Source: Octopus sinensis
Taxonomy: Eukaryota
Length of the DNA stretch: 64,000 nucleotides
Direction of reading: 5' to 3'
NCBI RefSeq assembly: GCF_006345805.1
Contig: NC_043011.1
Location: 56,246,464 to 56,310,463 of the forward strand
In this document: in pieces, positions 1-12,560 of the stretch
How positions within the stretch are numbered: position 1 is the stretch's first letter
Layout of the letters: each line of letters starts with the position of its first letter
Translations under genes and position numbers: made by a program
Notes under the pieces: generated by a model
Seen by the model: the letters and a program-made list of their open reading frames with translations, nothing else
Database searches by the model: none
Told to the model about the DNA's origin: nothing

Positions 1-65
1 TGCTGTTGTGTGTGTGTGTGGTTTCTTTTGCTAAAATAAATTTGTTTCTTTGTTTCTTTCTTCAG

Positions 66-114
66 AGTACTGTGATATATGAATCCACATTAACTGATGG
101 GAATGCAGATGCTG
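66..114 (+). CDS. SECISBP2L: SECIS-binding protein 2 (SBP2/SECISBP2L-like), first exon in window (gene starts upstream)
   Basis: Polypyrimidine tract + ttcag acceptor; STVIYESTLTDGNADA+G; gtaaat donor; phase 1 matches the next exon. Confidence 0.7.
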
Positions 115-1308
115 GTAAATATCTGAAACTCTTTTTTAAAATATCTCTTATGATTTGTTTGGATTGTTTAGTTAGAAAACGGATACTGAGCGAAGCCTTA
201 ACAGTTAATGTTGTGATGCTTGCTGCTGAGAGAGCAATGCGATTGATGAATAATTTGGGAAGAGAGAAAAACCAAAGTTTGAGGAGTTCCTTTTGGGAGT
301 TCAATTGCTTCACTTGAATTTAACTTATATAAAGATCCCAGATCTTTTTGCTTTGACCGGCAGATTTTTAAAATAATTTCTTTGTAACTAAACACTTTTA
401 AACTTCGTATACTGGTAGAATGTGTTTAAAAAACATCTTTTTTCTCTTGGCTTTATTGAGAAAATTCTGTAGTTTGTAAGCTATTTGTTCTTTAATTTCT
501 TGCATTTTGGCAATTTCAACCAATCAATGACGTCTATTGAGGTGAATTCAATTTCTGCCCTAGAAAAAGATGTTTTATAAACACATTCTGCCAGTATACA
601 AAGTTTAAAAGTGTTTAGTTACAAAGAAATTACTTTAAAAATCTGCCGGTCAAAGCGAAAAGATCCAAGATCCCTGCTTGAACTAATCAGAACTCATTTC
701 TCTTTATGGCACACAAACTTTTATTCTATTCTATTGTTCAGATCATTTTTCACTTTTCTGCACTGTTATTTGCCAATAACCAACTGGAAATTGTTCCATT
801 TGTGTACTACACAAGCCTTCTCTCTTAGACTCCTCCAAGAAATGCTCAACCATTCCAACATTCTGCAAATTCTTCTTTGGTTGAATTAGAGAAACGATAT
901 TCGTTGATACCAACCGTAAACCTTTGTATTTACTGTTGATGGATTTAACCCTTTCGTTACTGTATTTATTTTGAGATGCTCTGTGTTTCTTTCAATTATT
1001 TTAAATATAACAAAGAATAACTTAGTTATCATTAAGCTAGTATTAGGAATATAAATTGCGACTAAGGTTTCGTGGTATATTTTGATGCAAAACTTACGTA
1101 AAAAAGACATAGAATAAGTACCAAAATTTTTTTAAATATATACTGGTGGGGGGTCTCTTCATTTGACTAAAATTCTTCAAGACTATGCTCCAGCATGGCC
1201 ACAATCTAATAAACCAAGTAAAAGGTAAAAAAAAAAATGCTATTTAAATTATTTTTATTTCTTATATTTTCAATGTTTTTTTTCTACCAATTTCCTTGCT
1301 GACTCCAG

Positions 1309-1637
1309 CAAACAAAAAAGACGGTCATTTGACCCGGCGCTGGCAGAAGAGACAAGAATTAGCTAACCGTGCCGCAGAGGAAGAACTTGCCGAAATCTCA
1401 CTGGAACAACAGATGTTGATACAACGCAATATTCCCAAGAAGAAGTCTGCTTCTGGCACCCCTCGATCCGTGACACCCACCTCGACATCCAAAGCAGGCA
1501 AAACTGTGGGTGGCATCAGTAATACTGGGAGGCTGTCTGTGGCACCCAATGACGTTATTCATCATGCTGTGGCACCTGGCAAGAAATCTAAACAACCAAT
1601 CTCGTTAGATATTAGTGCTATGATTGATGCTCTTGAA
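1309..1637 (+). CDS. SECISBP2L: SBP2/SECISBP2L-like exon
   Basis: ccag acceptor, 329 nt open frame (NKKDGHLTRRW...KQPISLDISAMIDALE), gtaaga donor. Confidence 0.85.
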
Positions 1638-1639
1638 GT

Positions 1640-2005
1640 AAGAGATTTTTCTTTTTCCACCTCTTTTCTAACACCTCTACCTCACCCGTCACCCTTTTTT
1701 TCACCTGTATTCTAATCCCTCCCTCACCTTCTTTTTCACCTCTATTCCAACACCTCACCCTTTTCACCTCTATTCTAATCCATTCCTCACCTTCTTTTTC
1801 ACCCCTATTCCAACATCCCACCCCTCACCCTTTTCACCTGTATTCTAACACCCTCTCACTTTCTTTTTCACCTCTATTCCAACACCCCACTCCCTCACCC
1901 CTTTCACCTCTATTCTAATCCCTCTATCACCTTCTTTTTCACCTCTATTCCAACACCCCACCCCTCACCCTTTTCATCACTATTCCGACATCCCACCCCT
2001 CCCCT
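1640..2005 (+). repeat. C/T-rich minisatellite, alternating 30-38 bp units
   Basis: About 11 repeats of core TTTTCACCTCTATTC(C/T)AA. Confidence 0.85.
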
Positions 2006-2058
2006 CCTTTTATCCTTCTCCTGTGGGTAGCAAACCTGTTGGCAACGTTATTATGAAG

Positions 2059-2280
2059 ACGGTGAGCTGGCAGACATGATAGCATGCCGGACGAAATGTT
2101 TCGTGGCATTTCATCCATCTTTATGTTCTGAGATCAAATACCGTCAAGGTGGACTTTGCCTTTCATCCTTTCGGGGGTCAATAAAACAAGTACCAGTTGA
2201 ATACTGAGGGGCGATGTAATCGACTGGCCCCCTCCCCCAACATTTCAGGCCTTGTGCCTATAGAAGAAAGGATTATTATT
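2059..2280 (+). mobile_element. tRNA-derived SINE family A, (ATT)n-tail variant
   Basis: GGTGAGCTGGCAGA head, GACTTTGCCTTTCATCCTTTCGGGG core, tail GCCTTGTGCCTATAGAAGAAAGGATTATTATT. Confidence 0.8.
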
Positions 2281-2949
2281 ATCATTAAGAGACCCTTATC
2301 GTTTTGACATCCACCTTTGCATGCTTGTATGGATCAAATGGAGTTTTGTTGAGGTGGATTTTCCTCAATTGGATGCTCTTCTTGTCACCAGCCCTGTTCC
2401 CAAGAAGCTAGGTAATATTTCCAGACATGTTTTCCACAGGAAACAAACAACACTGCTTGTTTACAACCCTGGAAATTTGGATGTTAAATGAGGCTGATCA
2501 CACACACACACTTACTTTCACTTTATTATCTCCCTTTGCATCACTCTCCAAGCACCTCCACCTCATCTGCCACAAACACATGTTGAAACAATACATGGTC
2601 CACAACCACTTTTTAACCATGCATTTCTCCACTAGAATCTCTTCTGCCCTTTCCACTTCTCAAATTCACTTAGAGATCTTCAAACTTACCTCTGCCTCTC
2701 TTCGCCTCATTTTTTTACCCTTGGATTCTTCACAACTTTTTTCACCTTTGACCTTTGTCACTGGACTTCTGGACTCTTTCCATTTGTGTAACATTTTTAA
2801 AAAGATCCTTTCTATTATAACATTTTCTTTTAACTGCATGCTGTTTCCCCCCTTGTTTTTCTTGAGCCCAATAATTTCAGCGGTGGTGCCCCAGCATGGC
2901 CGCGGCCTTCGGGCTAAAACATTTTTAAGGATTTAAGGAACCTCCTGAC

Positions 2950-3600
2950 TTTTCAGTGTTGTCTATTTATTTATATATTTAATCACAATTTTATTTATAT
3001 TTTATTTCATCTGGGTTTATCTTCAATGGTTTTCCAATCACCCCAAACCCCTACCCCCAATGCCTTCCTCTCACCTACAATATATTCGCTCCTACTTGCT
3101 ATCGTCCCACACAAACATTCCTTTCTGCCCATTTTTATACATGGACATCCTTCTCTACATAACACCCACCATGCTGCATTCTCACTTGGTCTCTAAATCT
3201 CTTTTATTCTTTTCTCTCAGCTTCCCTCCTATTCTTAATAACACTTTTCTTAAAACTTTTCCCCTCTCATTTTGTCTTTTTTGTTCATTACCTTATATAC
3301 ACATTACATATATATATGTGTGTGTGTGGTGTATGTGTCATCTTTACTCTGTTATCTCCCCTACTTCTTCCTTCTTGTGTGTGACCCTTCTGTCCGAAGT
3401 CAGTCGCCATGATAGATCATTAGCCACTACACACATTTTTTTCTCTCCTTGTTTTTTCTGTGTCCCTTTCTGAAGAAGTGCATAGGCTCGAAACGTAAAA
3501 TACTTTTTCCATTCCTGAGCGTTATACTAATACATCTGTTTTGTACACCACCTGTCTTCGTCTTTTGTTTTTTTCGTAAACTCTCCCTATACACACATAT
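2950..3600 (+). mobile_element. Probable Penelope-like element terminal repeat fragment
   Basis: Pyrimidine-skewed tract containing a minimal hammerhead and ending in (TA)n(CA)n. Confidence 0.45.
3467..3500 (+). ncRNA. Minimal (Penelope-type) hammerhead motif
   Basis: TTT CTGAAGA A GTG CATAGG CTC GAAA C GTA AAA: intact core, ACGT palindromic helix III, one T-T mismatch in helix II. Confidence 0.5.
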
Positions 3601-3838
3601 ATATATCTACACACACACACACACACGCATGCACACAGCTTCTGTCTACCAATTTCACACATAAAGCTTTGATTAATCAAAGGCAATCCTTAAAAACACA
3701 TTATCAATGTGTCTATGTTTCAAAGTGAACATTTCCAGTCACATGGTCCAATAATTATTTTGGTTTTATGTAATTTTTTAAAAGTTTAAAGATTTAGTTT
3801 GATAGAAATTTTCTCTTTCTACATTTTCTCAATTTTAG

Positions 3839-3886
3839 AAACGATTTAAAGAACCTCAGCAAAAGAAGGAAGTTTTCAAAGAGAAA
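3839..3886 (+). CDS. SECISBP2L: SBP2/SECISBP2L-like 48-nt exon
   Basis: ttttag / KRFKEPQQKKEVFKEK / gtaagt; phase 0-0, keeps the frame between flanking exons. Confidence 0.7.
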
Positions 3887-4440
3887 GTAAGTCACCAGAA
3901 TTTAACCTTTCGTCCTCCCACTCTCTCTCTCTCTCTCTCTCTCTCAGATATTATTCATAAAAAATATTGCTACCTTAGGAATCTGCTCAACTTTTTAAAG
4001 TGACATCTAGTAGAAGTCACTGGAAACCACATAATTGCAAATCAAACTTCTTAATTATGCAGCCATAATTAAGTTCAGTCCAGATCGCGATTGTGAAAAC
4101 CTGTGCTCAAAGGTATTCCAGTCCTGACCATCCCACCTCTTCAGGCATAATTTATTCCAGATTATGTCTTCCTTTCCCCCAAAGACAACAGATATGACCT
4201 GAAAGGAAATTAAAACTTTGAACAGAAATGTTTCAACTAATTTTGCTCAGACCAAAACCTGGGTATTTCCAACTAAACTGAAACATAAAGGAGTTGAAAT
4301 AAGATTTTTCTGTTCTGAAATTACCTCTTTTTAAAAATTTTTTCTTTCTATTCTTCATTATCACCACCTTAATATATTGTTATATGGCTCACAATTAATT
4401 TTTGAGATTTTTCCAGAATTTTAATTTTATTTCATTTTAG

Positions 4441-4548
4441 TCTGTAAATAAACCAATTGTTGGAAACATCCTTGACAGTTCAGCTCCTGCAAAACGAGGC
4501 AAGGAAAGGGAGATTACGAAAGCCAAGAAACCAAGTCCCTTGAAGAAG
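4441..4548 (+). CDS. SECISBP2L: SBP2 exon, SID / Lys-rich motif
   Basis: SVNKPIVGNILDSSAPAKRGKEREITKAKKPSPLKK matches the conserved SBP2 motif N.LDSSAP..K.GK.RE..KAKKP..LKK; canonical splice sites. Confidence 0.95.
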
Positions 4549-5664
4549 GTAAACATGTTTCTTTTTAAGCCCTTCTTCACTCTCCATGAAGCATCAGGCC
4601 AGCAACGATTTTTCCCCACTGTTCTTCACTTTAGGTTGCTTTTTTCCCTGCTTCAGTTGGATCCCTGCTTTTTTTCCAGGTCTGCCTCAATATCCTGCCC
4701 CCAGCTATTTTTAGGGTATCCTTTCAAGAACTGGACATTTTGGTGTATATAAATTATATATTTTTTTCTTTTCCTGGTTTCACTCATTGGACTGAGGCTG
4801 TAAGCTTTAGTCAATCACCCTAAACTCTGTTGTGAATTTATTAACTTTAGCAAAATGAAAAGTAAATTAACCCGAGCAGGTTTTAAACTACCAATGCAAA
4901 AGAGACCAAATACCACAAGGTATTTTGTTTCGCTCTATCTGTTCAGCCTATACGACAGATTGTATAGACTATAGATACTTGTTTTGTGTCCCAAATTAAT
5001 TGTTACAGTGTATATTACAATCTTGCTGGTTAATTTTGTCTCTTCATTTTTATATACATTAAAAAAAATATATATATAAAATAAATTAACACTGTGGGTG
5101 CATTTTATTGAGGGCCCCTCACTATTGAGGTCCTGATGAAGTTCACAAGATTTTGATTCCCCCCTCAACTGAATGAGGCTACTTTGGAGAAGGAGGTGAC
5201 TTTATGCCAGGTGATGACATGTTTAAAGTTCAAAATGAAAAAAAAAGAAACCTCAACAGCTTTCTTGCTCTTTAGGGGCCAAAGTCTGATGTCCGCATGA
5301 GTTTCAGGAGCCCTTTTGTGTTTTTATGTTGGTACATATTTCCAAAAGAAGATAATGCCAAAGAGCACAACACCATACCAGTAACAAAATCTCATGTTTT
5401 GGCACTTGAAACTTAACCGTTTTTTTTTTGTGTTCCTGCTTTAGATGGAAATCAGAAATCAATTTGCGTATATGGTAACTCCTTTCTTACTTCCCCTTTG
5501 GTTTTACTTTTTTCATCCCCAATATAATTTTTAAATCTCCAGATTTTCTGTCATCTTGCCAATGATGTTTTTAATGTCGTCCTATTCGGATTTGAGGTGT
5601 GTCTCAGATTTTAAAGCTGGATCCCATGACATAATGTTTTTCTGATTCTTTGTCTTTTGTTTAG

Positions 5665-5759
5665 GTAATTCTTAAAGAGCGTGAAGAAAAAAAACGACTC
5701 CGTTTGTTGGAGGTTGATCCAACTGTCAGTGCTTTGGACAATGATCTGGCTTCCCCAAG
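5665..5759 (+). CDS. SECISBP2L: SBP2 exon
   Basis: VILKEREEKKRLRLLEVDPTVSALDNDLASP continues the LKK-IILKER motif; tttag / gtacac. Confidence 0.92.
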
Positions 5760-6129
5760 GTACACGGCCCTCAATTATTCACCAACATCTTTTCAAAAAT
5801 ATTAACTGATTTCTCTATCTTCACTTTAATTAATATAATGATGTATTAGTTTAAGACATGTCAGGCAGCACCTCATCTGAGTTGAAATTCAGCTGGGGTC
5901 AGTTTTGTGTTTCATTCTTTTGGGATCAATCAAGTAACTACCAGTTGAGCAATAGGGGCCAATCTGGTCCCCTGAAATTTCTGGCTTGCCTTGTTCCTAA
6001 ATTTAAAATAATGATGTCTTGCTTTTACTAAAGGATTTTGATTCTAGATTTTTTTTATATTGTTTCCACCCATCTTCTCTCCTTCTGGAACAACAGAGAG
6101 TGTATTCCAGTGTTGATCGAATGTTGAAT

Positions 6130-6590
6130 CAATCATCATTGTTTAACGTCCGTTTTCCGTGCTAGCATGGGTTGGACGGTTCAACCGGGGTCTGGGAAGC
6201 CAGGAGGCTGCACCAGGCTCCAGTCTGATCTGGCAGTGTTTCTACAGCTTGATGCCCTTCCTAACGCCAACCACTCCGTGAGTGTAGTGGGTGCTTTTTA
6301 CGTGCCAACGGCACAGGTGCCAGGGCAGGCTGGCAGCGGCCACAATCGGTTGGTGCTTTTTATGTGCCACCGGCACAGAAGCCAGTCAAGGCGGGGCTGG
6401 CATCAGCCACGTTCAGATGGTGCTTTTTACGTGCCACCAGCACAGGTATCACAACTAAAATTTCCATTTGATTTTTATTTTGATGTTGATGTACTTGACT
6501 CAATAGGTCTCCCCAAGCACAGCAGGTCATGTGCCACCGGCACAGAAGCCAGTCAAGGTGGCGCTGGCATCGGCCACGTTCGGATGTGAA
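6130..6590 (-). mobile_element. 5'-truncated RTE LINE 3' end
   Basis: Homologous to the 30800-31233 3' UTR of the RTE fragment; (CAT)n tail. Confidence 0.85.
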
Positions 6591-7423
6591 ATACATTTAA
6601 TGGTTGCTTTTACTTCTTGGAAGTGTCCTATGATTCAAGAACTCTCTGATTGTTTTCAGCTACATTATTATATTTTTGTGTATGGATACAAGCATGGCTA
6701 GGTGGTTAAGAAGTTTATTTTGCCATCATGCGGTCCTTGGTTCCGTCTTGCTGTGTGGCATTCTAGACAAGTCTCTTTCCCATAGCCTTGAGTCAACCTT
6801 GTGCAGGAATTTTGGTTCACTGAAGCTCATTGGATGGACGACCATAACTAATTCAAATGTCTTGTGTTGTCACATGATGGTATACTGACTTTACTTAAGA
6901 ATTATATTGAAAATATATCTCTGGAATACTCAACCACTGTGCATTCTAATTCAGTAAGTTGATTCTACAACTAGGTCATCATCATTCTCACTTGATATCC
7001 ATGTTCCATGCTGGCATGGGTTGGACAGTTTGACCGGATTTGATGACCCAGAGAACTGCATCAAGCGCCAATGTCTGCTGGATGCCCTTCTTAATGCCAC
7101 TCACTTTACAGCGTGGACTAGATCCTTTTTTTTTTGTGCCCCCTGCACTATTGCGGTCGCCATGCAGTTTGCAGGGCTCTGAACTTTGGGAGAGTTGGGG
7201 ATCAGCTTCATGTTAGGAGGACAAAGGGATCACTGTGAAAATGGGGTGCAGAGAGAGTCCATATTTATGTACAAACGGATATTAGTTCGACCCCGCCTTC
7301 CTCCCCAAAAATAAAAAACTTACCCAGTTTCTATTGACAGTCCATCCTACTTTTTAATTAATATAATTAATATAACCTCTCTTTTTCCCTTCTAATTAAT
7401 ATTTTGTTTTTTTCTTTTTCTAG

Positions 7424-7476
7424 TGTTCCTGTTGGCCTTGGTGTGGTAAATGCTGAAAGTGATTTGTCTCAAGATG
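7424..7476 (+). CDS. SECISBP2L: SBP2 exon (53 nt)
   Basis: Strong polypyrimidine tract + ctag; VPVGLGVVNAESDLSQD; gtatgt donor; phases 2/1 join both neighbours. Confidence 0.85.
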
Positions 7477-8454
7477 GTATGTATAAAACAAATGTCATGT
7501 TTTACCTGTTGAATTATTTTCACCAACTCTAATTAACAAAGTCATCTGATTGGATTTATATTCCCAATCTTCTTCTATCAGATAAATTAGTCAAATACAC
7601 ACACAACAACAATTGTACTCTCTTACCTAACCAGGCTCTTTTCTCATTTACTGTAGTTTTCAAATTTCTCTTTCTCACTTTCAAGTTGGTAAAACTATTC
7701 CCATTATGTTGTGTCTGGGGAGGGTCATATTGTTTTATCTAACACACTCACCGGTTCCATTTCCACTCATTTATTATTCCTATTTTTTCTTCCAAATGGA
7801 TCTTACAAACCAGATATAAAAACGAAGTATTCCTATTTTATAGTCAATACCATTAATTTCTCTCCCTCTCTTAGTATAATGCCGAAAGGATGAAAAGCCA
7901 AAATTATTGTTGGTGACAATTACAATTATGTAGGTGTCTGTTGCTATAAGTATTGATTACATTCTCTGGCTAATTAAGCAGACAATGATTATACTAAATA
8001 GAATTGAGTTTTATTTGATATTTTTAATTAAAAATATTTTATTAGCACTTCATTTTTGCCAAATAGGTTGCCCATTGTTGTGTAATAAACACGTATGTAT
8101 GTGTGTGTGAGATGATTATGATATACAATGCACACATACATTTCTAAATCCTTACATTAATTAACAGGACTCGTCAAAACAAGTCTGTTTATGCAATTTT
8201 GTTATTTGTATTCATTTTTTTTTCTCGTCCATCCCTTATCCCCCACTATGACATATTAAGTGGTTCGTGTGATGAACACACAAACGGTGGACCGAAATCT
8301 TACTGGATGTCTTTTATCTGACAGAAGACAGTTTGGTTCATTATGTGGCAAGGAGAATAATATATCTTGCCCATGTGACAGCGATGTCACCTCTAGATGG
8401 TCATTCAACATCCTAGAAATACCAGCTAAATCACCTTTATATTACATCCTGTCA

Positions 8455-8760
8455 TCATTACCATTCAATGTCCTTTTTCCATGCTGGCATGGGTTGGCCG
8501 GTCCAACAGGAGCTGGCAAGCCAAAAGTCTGCACCAAACTCCAATTGTCTGCTTTAGCATGCTTTTTATTCCTGGATGCCCTTCCTTATGCCAACCACTT
8601 CACAAAGTGTACTTGGGTAGTTTTACGTGAGTGCAGCACCAATGAGGTCACCAAGTAACTCACCCCTAAACAGAGAGGTGGGGGAGGAATAGTGAGGGAG
8701 GTGGCTTTGTGCCCCAGCGATGAGAGGCTGAGGTGTGATAGAAGAATAGAAACAGGAAGG
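8455..8760 (-). mobile_element. Old RTE LINE 3' end copy
   Basis: CCATGCTGGCATGGGTTGG...CTGGATGCCCTTCCT motifs. Confidence 0.7.
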
Positions 8761-9415
8761 AAAGAAAATGAAGAATGTGGCTATAGACCCATTATGTCTG
8801 TAAAAAACAGGGGATGGTCACTACTGAAATGCCTTTGCTTATAGGTTAACTGATCCAGGTCACAACTGACCAGAGTCTAAACAAAACATAGCTTAACGAG
8901 AAGTGCAGGTTGCTTCAGTTGTTAAATTGACCCTTAACCTTAAATAATGTTCACATTATTCTGCCAAAATTAATCCTTTTTTATCCACTTTGTTTTGAAC
9001 TAATCAGGCATTATCTTGTAGCTATGAGGTTTTGATGAGGTAGCTGTTAATTTTTAAAACGATATTGTAGGGTTGGTGTGAGAGACCAGATCTGGCCAGT
9101 TTGAACATAAAACAGGCAGAATACTTTTGGCCAGATGTGGCCAGTTTAAATGCTAAAGGGTTAAGTAAAATCTATCAAACTTAACAGAGCTGACTAATCC
9201 CTCTTTTGTGAGATTGTTTCTTAGTAAAATACTCCGAGTTTACAAACCAAGTGAATGTGTTTATGTAGCTTCGTTTCTGCTTAACTCTTTTCATATTTAA
9301 ATATTGTTACTTCACCTTCATAAGATTTATTCAAAAGAATTCTGTTTTCTTTCTAATAAGAACAACAACATTCTGATATGCTGTAAATGTTTCTCCAATG
9401 TTGCATCTATTCCAG

Positions 9416-9602
9416 CTGCCAGTATGAAAGGTGATCCTGGAGGAGCCACGACGCCAGCCAGTGCAGATCTGTCACCTGTCAGCCAAACGTCTCCCATAAG
9501 CATCAGTCCTCTAAGTTCAGGGGTCAATAGTCCTATTGCTGGAGCCACAGAAAAAGATGTCAATCCAGCCGTTCTTAAGATCCATAGCAGGAGATTTCGT
9601 GA
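9416..9602 (+). CDS. SECISBP2L: SBP2 exon ending at KIHSRRFRE
   Basis: ASMKGDPGG...PAVLKIHSRRFRE; KIHSRRFR(D/E) is the hallmark motif before the L7Ae module; gtaagt donor. Confidence 0.95.
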
Positions 9603-10534
9603 GTAAGTACTCTTCAAAATGTCTCTGAGTCGTTATTGTTATTTATTGCAACAACAATCTCCTTTGTTCTGTGTCTTAGATAAGTCTTGGCAACATTTAT
9701 CTGTTGACCATGACAGCTTAATGTCTAGAAAAGTACGCACAGTGAATTGGTTGGTGTTAGGAAAGGCATCCAGCTGTAAAAATCAGTGTCAGAGCAGACA
9801 CTGAAGCTGTGTACAGTCCTTTGGTTTCCATGCCAGCATGGAAAACAGTAATTCAATTGTGGTAATGATGATGGTGATGCTATGTACCTCATCCATCCCT
9901 CATCTCTTGAATTGGAACTTTCCTGTCCAGCTTCTCTGCTGAAGCTGCAATGATCCATGCTCAATCCAATTCACATTCTATCAACTTTAGACTAATCCAA
10001 AATTTGCTTATTCCATGCATCCGTCCAACCCATGCCAGCATGGAAAATGGATGTTAAGCGATGATGATGATGATGATGATTGTACCCTACTGACCTATTT
10101 GCTTTCAGATGTGCTGTTTCTCTTCTTTACCCAATCCTTTCTCCTTGGGGCTTTGACCGTCTGAAATTCCTTTCTAGACCTATTGAGTTATACATCAAAT
10201 ATTTAGGAGGATTTGCAAAAGTCATGGGTACTGCACTCAATGACTGTGGTTTCAATTCCTGGACCCAGCAGTGCACAGTGTTCTAGATTAAAACACTTCA
10301 TTTCACATTGCCCCAGTCAACTCAGCTATAAATGTATTCTGGCAATAGCTAGGATGGTAACGCCATGATGGACTAGCATCCCATCCAGGGGCAGAGTGAT
10401 TGTATTCTCAGTCACTTGGATATCCTGGAAACCAGGTCAAGTTGTGGCTTTGTATGTCCCAGGGCTCATGAAAGACCTTGTTGAAAAGAAATTGCATTTA
10501 TATCGTTTAATTAATTGTAATTAATATTTTGTAG

Positions 10535-10640
10535 ATACTGTAACCAAATCCTTGACAAGGACATAGATGCTTGCTGTACCATGTTGCTGCGGGATCTAGT
10601 TTCATTCCAAGATAGACTTTACCATAAAGATCCAATAAAG
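10535..10640 (+). CDS. SECISBP2L: SBP2 exon, start of RNA-binding domain
   Basis: YCNQILDKDIDACCTMLLRDLVSFQDRLYHKDPIK; gtag / gtaaca. Not in the ORF track; found by manual translation. Confidence 0.95.
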
Positions 10641-11294
10641 GTAACAATTATCTCTCTCTCTCTATATATATCTCTCTCGTTGATATCTACTGACTACACA
10701 CTCTACTGAATTACATAGAAGAGAGTGTATAGATCTTTTAAATTGACCCTCAATATATTACTGGTTCTTATTTTATTGATGTAACAAATTTTGAACACAG
10801 AAGCAAAACCTACATGAATAGAAGGCATGGGTGTGTGATTCAGGAGTTTTGTTTTATTACAACAACCACAGGTTTCAGGTTCAATTCTCCTGCATGGCAC
10901 CTTAGACAAGTGTCTTCTACTATAGTATTAGGTAGACAAATAACGCAAGAGTGAAATTCGGTAGAGATAGTGGAAGCAAGGTTGGCGGAAAAATTAAATA
11001 CATACCAGATAGGGATCTTGTTAGGAATACTAGGATTACAAGTGTGATAAATTTTAACTGGGATGCTCACCAGAGCAGTGATAGTAGAAATAATTCCAGT
11101 AACATTAACAGTATGGAAGGATCAATGAACACTGCAAACACCTCCACTTCCCAATAAATGGAAGCTTAGACGAGATAAAGGAACATAGTTGTGCTGCATT
11201 CCAGAATAATAGGAATCCAAAGCTGAATATAAATGACCCCCACCCCCACTAACCGATGATAGGTATATAAAATACTTGCTGACTAAATTAACAG

Positions 11295-11570
11295 GCTGGC
11301 AGCAGCCACGATCGGTTGGTGCCAGTGGCACGTAAAAAGCACAAACCAATCGTGGCCGCTGCCAGCCTCCCCTGGCACCTGTGCCGGTGGCACGTAAAAG
11401 CACCCACTACACTCACGGAGTGGTTGGCGTTAGGAAGGGCATCCAGCTGTAGAAACATTGCCAGATCAGACTGGAGCCTGGTGCAGCCTCCTGGCTTCCC
11501 AGACCCCAGTCGAACTGTCCAGCCCATGCTAGCATGGAAAACGGACGTTAAACAACAATGATGATGATAC
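11295..11570 (+). mobile_element. RTE LINE 3' end copy
   Basis: GTGGCACGTAAAAGCACCCACTACAC...GCTAGCATGGAAAACGGACGTTAAAC + ATG repeats. Confidence 0.85.
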
Positions 11571-11994
11571 CAGAGGAAGACAATAAGAGTGGAGATGGGG
11601 GCAGCCATAACAGTAGAAATAGCACTTGATCATGATGGGAGCCGACCTACACTTGACAAAATAGGGAAGAGAAATGGAGCAAAAATACAAAAGATGATTG
11701 GTACAATACTCCCTTTGGGGTCCAAATTACAACAGACATCGCAAGGAAAATACCAATAGCAGCAAGAATATTGAAGCCTGCAATATAAAAGAGAAGCATA
11801 GTAATAAAAGAAATGAAAATAGAGAAATATTAGGAAGAGAGGCATCAGAGATGCTGGTGGAAATTATAAAGGTGGGGCTGATGATGATAATAATAAAGAC
11901 AATATGTATAAGAGTAGGTGTGATGATAGCAGGCTTAACCATAGGAGTAGGAGCTGCAACAGAAAAAAACAACTACAGGATTAATGATGATGAT

Positions 11995-12120
11995 AATAAC
12001 CTGAAGAAACGTACCATCCAGTATTCTGCCAGAATCCTTAGAAAGATTCTTGACATTTCAGATGTGTCTCAAGATAAAATACCTGCTAACTAAATTAACA
12101 TGCACTAGTGTAATAATAAT
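11995..12120 (+). mobile_element. R4/Dong-like LINE extreme 3' fragment
   Basis: LKKRTIQYSARILRKIL resembles the LQK..IL.SARILR C-terminus also seen at 61.3 kb; (TAA)n tail. Confidence 0.5.
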
Positions 12121-12445
12121 TTTAACAAGAAAAGTAGTGATGATAATAATAGTAAAAATATTTGTAACTTTAGAAATTAGAATAAATGTCCATTAAATAA
12201 ACTATGCCTCAAGAAGAACAGTTTCTAAACTCTCACTCGTTACAGATAATAAAGTGTACTATTACACAGGTTGTTGCCCGGATTAATAATCCCTTATTAA
12301 TCTCCTTAGAATTTTTATCTATTCTCTTCATCTCCTAATTTTTTGCTCTTCAAACAAAATCTAAATTCCTAAATTAAAATATTTCCCACAATAAAATTAA
12401 TTCCACTTATTTCATTAAATGGATTTTGTTTTTCTATTTCTTCAG

Positions 12446-12560
12446 GCTAAAATGCGACGCCGTATTGTTCTGGGCCTAAGAGAAGTTACTAAACACCTTA
12501 AGCTTAAGAAACTGAAATGTGTTATTATTTCACCAAATCTTGAGAAAATTCAATCTAAAG
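12446..12560 (+). CDS. SECISBP2L: SBP2 exon, L7Ae domain
   Basis: AKMRRRIVLGLREVTKHLKLKKLKCVIISPNLEKIQSK; L7Ae kink-turn-binding signature GLREV.K. Confidence 0.97.

Noticed and set aside
6-317. 103-aa ORF as a single exon
   Set aside because: Only 66-114 is bounded by splice sites in phase with SBP2; the rest is intron readthrough.
10940-11990. Possible mitochondrial insertion (hydrophobic minus-strand ORFs, AAPTP motif)
   Set aside because: No sustained similarity to ND5 or other mitochondrial proteins; the composition fits decayed trinucleotide repeats.
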